Positions 52,508-64,000 of a stretch of 64,000 nucleotides of DNA are shown in pieces (the stretch's first letter is position 1; the number at the start of each line of letters is the position of its first letter). Where the stretch lies: NCBI RefSeq assembly GCF_037042905.1, contig NC_087251.1, positions 44,084,001 through 44,148,000 of the forward strand, read 5' to 3'. The position numbers and the translations under genes are program-made. Source of the DNA: Lytechinus pictus (Eukaryota). The notes under the pieces are model-generated. The model did not search any database. It was not told where the DNA came from and saw nothing but the letters and a program-made list of their open reading frames with translations.

Positions 52508-52941
52508 GTGAATACTTTAAATGTGTCAAAAATATTAGAAATTAATCTCTAACTTTAAAAAAAAATTCTTGTTTGTAATGTACCTTATGCACAGGATGTC
52601 ATAATCTCATAACACCCTCCCTCAGGGACTGTAGGTATCTGCGTAAAAGGAGTTGTCAAAGATCAGCCAACTGCAGATGTCCAGTGTATGCAAGGCAATG
52701 GCTTCCGCCTCTAAGATTGCGGTGTCATGACGTCCAAGCACCCACCCCCAGCAAAAAAAAAGAAGGAATTCTATTCTTGATTGTGAGATGTATTTTATTC
52801 CACTTTGAGACTAGTAGAATGAGTGAAATCTCTTTGATTTGAGACCAAATACTTGTTGGATTAGACATGTATTTAAGATTACAACCAATATTAATTTAAG
52901 GCTGATAAGCAAGATACATCAAAACTTTGAAAGAAACTTAA

Positions 52942-54483
52942 AGTTCAAGTCCACCCCAGGAAAATGCTGACTTGAATAAATAGAGAAAAATCAAACTAGC
53001 ATAGTGCTGAAAATGTCATCAAAATCGGATGTAAAGTAAGAAAGTTATGACATTATAAAGTTTCGCTTATTTTTCACAAAACAGTGATATGCACAACTAG
53101 GTGAGTCAGTCGATGATGTCCATCACTCACTATTTCTTTTGTGTTTTTATTGTTTGAATTATACATTATTTCATTTTTTATATATTTGACAATAAGGACC
53201 AACTTGACAGAGCCATATAGTTTTAAAAAAATGCTAATTCCACATTTTCAGCGAGGAATTAATCATTGTATCACTTGACAATGAGGAGAAAATTAGAATA
53301 TTTCATATTTCATATAATAAAATACAAAAGAAATAGTGAGTGGATGACGTCATAGTCTCCTCATTTGCATACCAGCCAGGATGTGCATATAACTGTTTTT
53401 TTGTCTCACCTGCATAGCAGAGTGAGACTATAGGCGCCGCTTTTCCGACGGCGGCGGCGGCGGCGGCGTCAACACCAAATCTTAACCTGAGGTTAAGTTT
53501 TTGAAATGACAGCATAACTTAGAAAGTATATGGACCTAGTTCATGAAACTTGGCCATAAGGTTAATCGAGTATTACTGAACATCCTGCCTGAGTTTCATG
53601 TCACATGACCAAGGTCAAAGGTCATTTAGGGTCAATGAACTTAGACCATGTTGGGGGAATCAACATCAAAATCTTAACCTAAGGTTAAGTTTTTGAAATT
53701 TCATCATAACTTAGAAAATATATGGACCTAGTTCATGAAACTTATACATAAGGTTAATCAAGTATCACTGAACATCCTGCTTGAGTTTCACATCACATGA
53801 CCAAGGTCAAAGGTCATTTAGGGTCAATGAACTTTGGCCGAATTGGGGGTATCTGTTGAATTACCATCATAACTTTGAAAGTTTATGGATCTGATTCATG
53901 AAACTTGGACATAATAGTAATCAAGTATTACTGAACATCCTGTGCAAGTTTCAGGTCACATGATCAAGGTCAAAGGTCATTTAGGGTCAATGAACTTTGG
54001 CCAAATTGGGGTATTTGTTGAATTACAGCCATAAATTTGAAAGTGTGTTGGTCTAGTTCATAAAACTTGGACATAATAGTAATCAAGTATTACTGAACAT
54101 CCTGTGCGAGTTTCAGGTCACATGATCAAGGTCAAAGGTCATGTAAGGTCAAAGAACTTTGGCCACGTTGGGGGTATTTGTTGAATTGCCATCATATCTC
54201 TATAAGTGTATTGGTCTAGTTCATAAAACGTGGAAATAAGAGTAACCAAGTATCACTGAACATCTTGTGCGAGTTATAGTAGTTTTCAAAATCAGCACTG
54301 CTGCTATATTGAATCGCGTGATGCAGGTGAGACGGCCAGAGGCATTCCACTTGTTTAATTAAGCGAAACTTTGAAATGTCATAACTTATTTTACATTCGA
54401 TTTTGATGAAATTTTCAGTGTTATGCTCGTTGGGTTTTTCTTTTTTTATTCAAATCAACTTTTTGTTGGGGTGGACTTGTCCT
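52942..54483. mobile_element. Kolobok-like MITE split by a HINE
   Basis: TTAA at 52938-52941 and 54484-54487; family TIRs; the halves are contiguous across 53396-54355. Confidence 0.85.
53396..54355 (+). mobile_element. HINE/DINE-1-like element, copy 3 (intact)
   Basis: subTIRs gtctcacctgcat / atgcaggtgagac, (GGC)n, internal tandem units, insertion into a T-run without TSD. Confidence 0.85.
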
Positions 54484-54782
54484 TTAAAGAAATGGGAATG
54501 AGCCATCCGTTTCCTATGCAAGGTTGTCGCATCTTAAATGAATCTTGACGACTCGTCTGCATAACCTGATTTTTTACATCAACGTTTTAAGCTGTTCTTG
54601 CTCATCAGTTTATTCACTTTATATTAGGCAAAACAAACTCTTTGATGATGAATGTAAAACTTCATATAGCATTTGTGTATTCTGGTCATGATAACCGAGC
54701 CTTTGGTTTCTTTTCCTGTAGGACATGTTTTATAGTCTCTCTTACCGAAGTAAATTTGGAAATTTCTTATTTTGATTTGTAG

Positions 54783-54947
54783 GTGAAGCCAGAGAAGGTG
54801 AAGCCATCGCCAAAGAAACCCAAGCAGCCAAAGCCTCCGAAGCAGTCGCCCGTTGAAGAGACCATCTTTGAGGCCAAACCTGCACCAGTTCAGGAAACCC
54901 TTCCTCCTCCGAAAGAAGCTCATACAACCAAGAGCAAGCCACCAAAG
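54783..54947 (+). CDS. RRBP1: RRBP1-like coding exon 2 (Lys/Pro-rich)
   Basis: tag|VKPEKVKPSPKKPKQPKPPK...KSKPPK|gtatc, phase 0-0. Confidence 0.8.
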
Positions 54948-55524
54948 GTATCGTATAATTATTGAAGTGTTTTTTTTTTTTTTGATGTTGCAAATGAAGT
55001 TTGTCGGGATCTTGACTTACCTAATTTTGGCATTGAAGTTGTTCATTTGACACTTTGACATTTTTGATAATAATTATTACTTGCTTATATCACAAATCTC
55101 TATAAAGCTGTCTACAATAAATACAGCATAAGTACCTTTAGATGGCACTTTACTCACAGTCATGTTATGATATGCTCTTCTTTTTTTTATCTGATAATGA
55201 ATCCAAACTTTGAAAATTGATAATCTTCAGATATACCAAAACTTTATAAAAAACCAACCCCAAAATATATAATTCCTCTTTAAAAGAAATATGTGATTGA
55301 GAAGATAGCAGCCACACGAATTTGACTTAAAGATAACCATAAATTATATCATGTTATGTAATGTTCACTTGAATTTTACTGTTATATTTTGTGAATTTCT
55401 TTTTTATAGCAAGAATTGAGAAGTGTATTCAATTATCCGTTTTAACGGGCACAATAATTGAAATGAAATGCATATTCTCTGTCATCTTAAGAATAAATTC
55501 TGATTATTTTAATTTCCCCACTAG

Positions 55525-55639
55525 GTTGTTGAAGAGCAGGTGCAGAAGAATGAAGCACCGGAAGTGGCTGCTGCAGCACCACCCCTGGCTTCTCCTAGCA
55601 AAGCCAAGGCTAAGGCAAAGACTGCTGCTGGTGATGGAG
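55525..55639 (+). CDS. RRBP1: RRBP1-like coding exon 3
   Basis: tag|VVEEQVQKNEAPEVAAAAPPLASPSKAKAKAKTAAGDG|gtaag, phase 0-1; the gene continues beyond. Confidence 0.75.
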
Positions 55640-57488
55640 GTAAGATATCAGTTTAGTTTCAGTTTATTTCCATAATTCACATATATACAAACATTTTACA
55701 TTGGCTGACATGGGTATAACACATCATAAAATGAAATAAATGGTTCTTGAGACAAATAGGAGTTTACACACAATAAGAATTAAAACCAGTGAAGAATGAA
55801 GGGGCCTATCAAAGTTGAAAGCATAGCTTGTGAGTTATAGGCCCCAGAGGAGAATAGAAAAATTGGTAAGACTAGGATATTATCAAGAAAATGTCAAATC
55901 AAAACAAGTAAGTAGTCGATATAAGTAATGAACCAGTTGGTTTATACATATCTGTAGCACGCCCTAAAGGAAGAATAATAGTTTTGAGGGAGACGTGGTA
56001 GTAGAAGATAAAAATCGAATTGGAGTGCTATGTATAGCTCTTTTGCACGCAACTAGGAATTCAAGTGCGACTCAGAGTTACCCTTAAATTGCTGTGATAC
56101 ACTCTAATAAAAGTTTATTAGTTAATTAATATCATTATCTAAAGAGGCTGTCGCAACTTCTGGATAATTCAGCCAATGTTTGCTGACAAAAGTAAGGCAA
56201 GTCGTTTTAGGAGACGTTTATCTACATTTGCCACTGTTAACCCAGGTGTAGTACTATCAGCCAATCAGATAAAATGATTTCAGTAGCTTATAACTGTTAT
56301 TGTAAATTTGTTACAAGTTTTATGAAACGGACCCTAGGTGTCTGAACTTTTGGCCAAGATCAGTACGAGTTCAGGGTCATGTATGTGCACAAAGTTATGA
56401 ACAGTGTGTTGTAAAAGACTTACAATGTGATGTGCATATTATCCCTATGATTACTCTTTGAGAGGGCCTGTATTACTGTTAACTAGATGGGGATGTCATG
56501 AATTCCCTTTTTTTATAAGGTTCATAAAGTAGTATTTATTGTCCAATCGAAATTTGCATTTTTGCATGGTATTTTGAACGCATTAAACACAACATAAAAA
56601 ATGAACATTTTACAAAAAGCTAAACACTGACATGTGTAGACAATCCTAGTATACATGAATATACGTGCATGGGATTGAGATGTTTTTCTCGTACATGTAC
56701 ATCATGGAACTACAAATATTCAAATTTTCTGTTCAAAGTTGTGTAACTGGATCTAATCATTTAATCCAAGAGAGTTCTACTGCTCTATACAATGAAGCAA
56801 GTTTTTCTTGTATCCTTATGATGTATATCATGTACTATCAGTGCATGTATATTCATGTTTTTGTATATTATTGACAAAATACAACTGTCAATACTCAATG
56901 CAATAGAGAAATTAAATATTCTTTATTCTGAAAAGAAAGTAAAAGACAGTTAACATAATATATTTTTGAGAACAATTTATAATACCAAAAAGGAATATAA
57001 AGGAATGATTTAAATATGGTAGCTTGGAAAGTTTAATCCTTATGAAGGTTGCATTATGTGTAATAGCTATAAATGTACAGAAAGACAACTCATGTGCTTC
57101 CTACAATGTACATGTGTACATGCAATGATATGTGTATGCTTTATGAATATTGATTTCTGTGTGAATGCTGTGACATTTGGGTGATGATGGGGGATCTACA
57201 TGGATATATTCCATGTGACCCCGTGCATGGGCTACCTTGTGGATCATACATCTTCTAGTGGGGAGCTTTAATACTTCTCACTGTTCATAGTGTACATAAC
57301 TCCTTCTTCCTGTCTTGTAATACATCATAGACCTTGTAACACATTGACTGCTTCAAGCCATAACAACAGTCTGCCCATTAGTCAGTCCTAGCAAACCCAG
57401 GAAATTCAAATCATCAAAATACCTGTGAAGGAAACATGTTTCTGTAGGGTTTGGCACTAGTGGTCACCCAGGGTATATTTGACCTCTG

Positions 57489-57669
57489 GGGGCCGTTTCA
57501 TAAAGCCGTTTGTAAGTTAATAGTGACTTTAAGAACCGACTGGTGATCCTTTCTTGTGATAAATAATATTCACCATTAAATGTTCATTGGTGATTATGTA
57601 GCGCGTAAGAAAGGATCACCAGTTCTTAAAAGTCGCTCTTAACTTACGAACAGCTTTATGAAACGGCCC
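57489..57669. mobile_element. Harbinger/PIF-like MITE
   Basis: ctg|ggggccgtttcataaagc ... gctttatgaaacggccc|ctg; nearly fully palindromic. Confidence 0.8.
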
Positions 57670-58535
57670 CTGGTCTCTTGAAAGATGCACATTAAATGGC
57701 AAAAATCCTAGACTGGAAATTTTTTTCTTTTTTCAGCCACTTTTTATGGTGGTGAATTTCCCATTATCCATCTGGTACTTGCACTGTATTTCAAGTGCAC
57801 TGAAAAGTGAATATGGGTCCAATGTAGGTGACACAACATTTGCTCCGGGCTTTCTTTTGTCTAAGATTTAGGGTAAGGGTTGCAAAAACTTGCAATAAGG
57901 TTTATGCTAGGCTTAGGGTTAGATTTAAGATATGGTAGAGTGTTAAATCCCGGGTTGAAGTTGGTCATTCCATTATAATGCGTGGAATTTGCATTGGAGC
58001 AAATGTCTTGGAACCCCAATTTAAGCTACAATTTGTACCTTTTAATTCTGTACATGTACATGACTATCCTGAGTATCCTCATACCCATCCATACAACTAT
58101 TCATGCGCAACAGCTACATGTACAGGTCTGTACATACGTTTCTCTTGTCGATGTGTTCACACAATTGGGGAGCATGAATTTCAATGTATATCAACACGAG
58201 TAGTACTATAGGCCTATATATTAATGTCATAGCATTTGACGGCACAGCACGGCATCATGCTATAAAACTGCTCTGATTTGTTTCGTTACTTTGAAAATCA
58301 TACAATGCAAAGTCAGTGAAGAATGTCAGGTTATCATAATGATAATGCATTGTCTATTTGAGAAAACCAGATTGAAATCCCCCCAAATATTTTTGAAATA
58401 TCTATAGTGATAGAGATTTTAATAAAGGATGTGTTTTGCCCTGTTTTTGCCACAAGTGCTTGTGAGCCAAACTCTGCGATGTGATGCTAGCTAAATTTTA
58501 CAAATTAAGTTTTTTCATGATTGGACAAAATAACG

Positions 58536-59114
58536 TAGGGACAGTGATTTTCCGTTTAAAAAAATTGCCTTTTCCGTTTCAGAAAATCTCGAATTCCGTT
58601 TCAGCATGTCAGAAAATGGAAATTCTGTCTCCCCATAGACTTTGTGTACCGGTACATAAGAAAAAGAGAATTCCGTTAACCCATTGAATAGCAATATCAC
58701 AACACTCGTGCTGGTCAAAATTTGTATCTGCCACTGTACCAGCAACGCAATAGAATCCGTTCTTATCGGATCTATGCGGGTACACAAAATATTTTGACAA
58801 ATACATTTAACATAAATCCTCACCTTTCGAATTATTAGCATTATTTTACGATCGAGTGTGATGAAGTCGAGTGCAGTCACGATGTGTGAATTGTCATGAT
58901 TGTAGTGAAGTGAGATCGTGTTTTCTGGGGTTTTTGTGGCCATTTAATATTCATATTTTGTTGAGATTTTAAGTAATTTCTGCTGCTGTTCTGTGTATTT
59001 TGAGGAAAAATATGTTTTCCGTGATTTTCCGTTTAAAATGCCACTTTCCATTTCAAAAGCCCCTTTCCGTGAATTCAGTCCGTTTTCCGCGATCGCGGAA
59101 AATCACTGTCCCTA
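58536..59114. mobile_element. MITE with TAGGGACAGTGATTTTCCG TIRs (copy 2)
   Basis: Same TIRs as 5567-6340; flanks ataacg/ataaag; lacks an internal segment present in copy 1. Confidence 0.9.
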
Positions 59115-59348
59115 ATAAAGTGTGGAAAGACTGTTGCACAAGTACACAAGCTTGAATATGAGTGTGGTTCACAGAAATTGCATAATATTTTCAAACAAAA
59201 AATTTTCCATGTAATTGGAACAGATTTTTTTTCTGCATTTTACATGCATGTTGTGATCTGTGCAGTAGCCTTAAGCTATGAGCTAAGATATGCAAGACAT
59301 ACAGCAGTCTGTATGTCCATATTATGGTACATGTACATGTACACTTGG

Positions 59349-59927
59349 CCCGGGGGGGCCACTTCCATTGACGAGTGGATACCATGCGCGACCATGGGGT
59401 CTCGAAAAGCACCCTAAACACGTATTTTCCATATTCTGAAAATGCACCCCTTAACAAGTATTGGCGTGTGAAACATTACCCTTAACAAGTATTGGAAACA
59501 AAACGATACTCTTGGCAAATATTCCCTGAAATGAACCCCTAAACAAGTAGGCCTACAGCGATATTTTATTATGTCACGGGTCCGTTGGTCGTCGGTTTTA
59601 CCTTTACACACCATTTGGTTTAGTACGGCCCCATCTTCCACACCTCGCGCAAATCGGACTCTAAACACGTAGTGTTGGGGCAAAAAGGACACAAGGACAT
59701 CCTTTATAAAACATTTAATTTTGTTTTATCATCCCCGCAAATTTGACCCTAAACACGTAGCTTTCCTAGCGAAATAGATACCCTTTTTTCATTATTTTTG
59801 TGTTTTTGACACCCTTATCACGTTATGTACGTAACGTGTCCTATCTTGAAAAAGACATCCTTTTTACGTGTTTTTTTTGGTCGCGCATGGTATCCACTCG
59901 TCAATGTAAGTGCCCCCCCCCCCCAGG
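59349..59927. mobile_element. CCCGGGGGGG-terminus MITE
   Basis: ~45-bp TIR (cattgacgagtggataccatgcgcgacca); 8-bp TSD acacttgg at 59341-59348 and 59928-59935. Confidence 0.9.
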
Positions 59928-60073
59928 ACACTTGGTTAGAATATAACATGAATATACCTCCCCCAACTGTGCTCAGAAAGCAAGAATGCAATTTCTCATA
60001 TAAATATGTGTGAATCTATAGAAATCATATTATGTGTAGGAGGAAGTCTTAATTTTTTAGAGCTACATTATTA

Positions 60074-60657
60074 CAAAAAGTCGATTTAAATAAAAAGAGA
60101 AATATATCAAACAAGCATAACACTGAAAATTTCATCAAAATCGGATGTAAAATAAGAAAGTTATGACATTTTAAAGTTTTGCTTATTTTCACAAAACAAT
60201 TATATTCACATCCTACTTCCTAGTTCGTATGCAAATTAGGGGGGGGGGGGACTGATGACATATGTATATGAAATATGATATATTCTAATTTTCTCCTCAT
60301 TGGCATGAGAAACAAGTTTTATTCCTCCCTGAACATGTGGGATTACCATTGTTTTAAGATAATATTTTTTAGTCAAGTTGTTCCTCAGTGTTAAATCCGT
60401 AAAAATTGAAATATTGTATTATTCAGACAATAAAAAACAAAAGAAATAATGAGTGAGGGACATCATCTACTCTCTCATTTGCACATCATTTTAAGTTGTG
60501 CATACAGTGTATAACTATTTCTTGAAAAATAAGCGAAACTTTAAAATGTCATAACTTTCTTATTTTACATCCGATTTTGATGAAATCTTCAGCATTCTAC
60601 TTGAATGATTTTCCTCTATTGATTCAAATCAACATTTTTCAGGGGTGGCCTTGACCT
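60074..60657. mobile_element. Kolobok-like MITE, left end eroded
   Basis: Family interior; right end ggggtggccttgacct|TTAA. Confidence 0.75.
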
Positions 60658-60923
60658 TTAACAAAGACCTTCCTCTGTATGTTACAACTGAATGTAAGGC
60701 CTCAGCTCATGCACTTACACAAGTGGTTGTACCAGTACAGCCTGCATGTACATGAAGGCCCTAATAATGTTTCCTTGCTCAGTGTTTCAAGTGATTACAG
60801 ATAAGAGTGGGTGGCTTCGTTCGTTCCAGTTTGTGAGTCATGTTTGCTTTGTTTGCATTCATGATTGCAAGTGTAAACCACACTGTTTCATGACATATTA
60901 GTATTACCCATTGACATGTTTAC

Positions 60924-61385
60924 CGGGAGGGGGGGGGGGGGCAGTGAAATATATTGCTGTACACATGTGTGACCAAAATAGACGCATTTGAAGGGGTGTT
61001 TTTTCAGTTTTGGACACGGGCCACGCGTGCACCAGTTCAGGGTATCAAAAACACAGATTTTCAAAAATACGGGTAGTTTTGAAATACTGGTCAATGGTCA
61101 ATCCCAGGGTCAAACGTATTTTAATAGGGGATGTTTTTTTTTTCAAAGCTTTTTTTTTAAAGACTAGCCAAACTTGTTTAGGGTATGTTTTTTTGCCCAA
61201 AGCTTTTTCCCCGGGGTCATATTCTGGCGACAACTTGTTTAGGGGCCAAAATGTGTAAATAAAGCCTGCGAAAAACTCGTTTAGGGGGTTATTTTGCACA
61301 CAGAGAAAAACTCGTTTAGGGGGTGTTTGGAAATAATGTGGCCACGTGTGTACAGCAATACATTTGACTGCCCCCCCCCCCCAGG
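60924..61385. mobile_element. CC(C)GGG-terminus MITE
   Basis: TIR gggggcagt.aaat.tattgctgtacaca / tgtgtacagcaatacatttgactgccccc; 8-bp TSD atgtttac at 60916-60923 and 61386-61393. Confidence 0.85.
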
Positions 61386-64000
61386 ATGTTTACGTTGAAA
61401 AATACATTGTATAAGGACCATACCAGATCTCGAGCCATGATTAAAATCTGCACAATCACCTTACATGTAACTTTGTTATTATTACTTTTTTTGTTGTTGT
61501 TGATTGGAGGTTTGAATCGCGATATTATATTAAAGCGGATAGAAAAAAAATTATATGAATGAGTAATTTGTTTAATGTGCAGAGGTGCTGAACCCCCACT
61601 AATTCATTTGGCATTAGTCACAAAAAACTTGGGATAATTTAACTCATTCAACAAGTGTACAATTCTGTGTATGTGTATTTACCAGGTAATATATTTCCCA
61701 ACAGGTAGCCAGAGCAAGGTATTAAAGATATGACACTAGAGTCTGATCTAGTTCTTCCCTCTGCTCTGTCACCTGTGTATTCACAGGAGAGCTGATCAAA
61801 CAAGACAAACTGGACACGGTGTGCATGCATTTGGAAAGGACACATGCACACGTGGCAGAGATTTCAACTTTGCATATAAAATCGGAATAATGGCCCTTGA
61901 TCTGCACTTATGCACTCAGTAATTCCCCACGTGTAGTCTTTATTGATAAGACTCGAGTTGATGGATAAGTCTGTATGGTGTATAATTTTTTGCCTATGTG
62001 TGTAATGTGGATACCCATTCAGATTGGAGACGTTACTATTTATTATAAATATTAAAAGGATATAGATATTTGGAATGAAGACCACTTTCCTTCTGTGTTT
62101 CCGAGGGTGGCTTGAGAGTCAAGAGAAAAGGGCGGTACCTGTGGGCGTTGCAATATATTAGCATCGACACATGAGCAGCTTAGTCTTGCAGGCACAGACC
62201 TTTGTTTTTTGTTTTTCTGCAATTTGCATAGATTGCAATATATGCAGAGTCTGAAGTAGTGAGACTAGATCTCATGTGACACAACCAGAGAGTCTTGCAT
62301 GATCTAGTCTTTAATCTAGACTTGGTATAATTTGTTATAATGTCTAAGATGAGTCTGTGCTTGTAGAATACATATACGAGCAGCTCATTTCAGAGTTGGC
62401 TTTTAAATATATTCACAAAATGTAAATGTCAGCCTTGCCCAGAGGCATAGGCCTATGTAGGTGGAGTGAGTGAAGGCCCCTGTGGTCTATTACATAGCTA
62501 CATACATGTTGTACGTACAACATGATTTGTGATGATCCGTCAGAATTTATACACTCAGTGGGTCATTAACTAGTTTAATCCGACAGACTAGTCCAGCAGC
62601 CTGTTCCCCTGTGTGAGCTAGGGAGGAAACAGTGACCTTAAATGACCTTGATTAGTTCCATTACATGGAAAAGACAGATCTCCCACAGACATGGTTATAT
62701 GAATGGGAGTCCTATTGAATATGCTAGGCAATGTGACATGTTTGGGTCACGTGCCTTCTATTTGAAGAATTGAAGAGTAATAGGCTACGTATTTTGATAA
62801 ATTATGTACATCTTGTTTGAGACTTTGAAGATTTTTTAATAAAAAATAATTAAAATTTACATACATGTACGTAAGTTCTCATTACAAGCAAAGCTACATG
62901 TACAAGTATGATGAAGTTAATCTGATATCCTTCCTGATCAAGTTAAATTCATATTCTGCATGGTCATGATTATGACTCAATAGGGATTGTGAATGATTAT
63001 TAAATTCTATATAACTTTACCGATTTCACTTATGAAAATATTTTTGAAATATGATGATAAGCATGAATTTGCATAGCACAGCTGGATAAGAACTCTTGTT
63101 AGGCCTGAATACTCAGTTCTATGAAGCAAGTATACAAACTAAATTTCTAAACTATTAGTAGATAGGCCTACGTATTAATTTAAATTTGAAGATCAATGTA
63201 GAATTTCTCATATCAAACGTCAGTATATTCCACAGTTTAGTCTAGGATATTCCGAAGTGAATATTTGAGAAGTTCATGGCAGGGGAATAAAATTGCATGG
63301 GCTCATGCTCAAAAGAGGAAACTAAAAAAAAAGGAAGCTCTGGGAAATCCCCATTTATTGCAATGTTATAAGCTTATCCAAAGTTGGAGATTTAGGCAGT
63401 AACTTGTGAAAAGTAGCCTAGAAAAAAAAATTGTTTGCCTTCTTTAGTTTGCATTCCATAGTTTTATGATGTTCTGAATGAATACTTTGGGAAGTTCATG
63501 GAAAGACTTGTCTAGGTGTGGACGTTGTTGTTTGAAGGAAGGGCATCGAGAAAGGGCGAGGGTGAACAGGAAGTTCAATGTACCATAGTACATGTACATA
63601 CACTGACACGGGTAATGATGAGGTGGGACCATTGCTTATCTTTGTTGACTAGGAAGGAAATCATTACCTGAAAGATTATACTAACCTGACCAATTGTCTA
63701 CATGTACATTGTACATGCACACATTGCATAGGACTTTCCATTGTTTGCTGCGTGTCCAAGCATCAGTGTTTTAGCTTTTATCCAGGTTAAAAAAAATATT
63801 GTCTAGGATTTTCAGGGATATGATAAAATGCAGGCCTACAAAGTTTACCTGTAGTGCACTATAGCACAGCAAAAAATCTGTTATTTCATCAAATAGCATT
63901 ATAACTTCCTTGAGGCTTTACAAAAAATACAAAATACACATGTACTTGCAGTACCTGTGTATACTCACATACAGTATATAGTATACCTTCTATAAGTCGA

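Overview
AT-rich, intron-containing animal genomic DNA. The repeat repertoire looks marine-invertebrate or echinoderm-like (inference, not verified). There are three protein-coding genes, all on +: (1) SMIM12 (single coding exon 7234-7503); (2) a complete exportin-1/CRM1 (XPO1) gene that I could assemble by hand into 22 GT-AG coding exons (20384-41855, 3222 nt, 1073 aa); (3) the 5' part of a ribosome-binding protein 1/p180 (RRBP1)-like gene from 52163, running off the window. The rest is dense in transposons: a decayed CR1/L2-group LINE (1-3285), tRNA-derived SINEs, three Helentron-associated (HINE/DINE-1-like) elements, TTAA-flanked Kolobok-like MITEs, hAT-like and Harbinger-like MITEs (several deeply nested), and a ~676-bp foldback palindrome. 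The most interesting signal is a candidate 36-nt frame-preserving cassette microexon (32640-32675) in XPO1 intron 12. It is surrounded by a cluster of TGCATG (RBFOX) motifs and would insert 12 residues next to the NES-binding groove. All calls are by eye; no searches were run.
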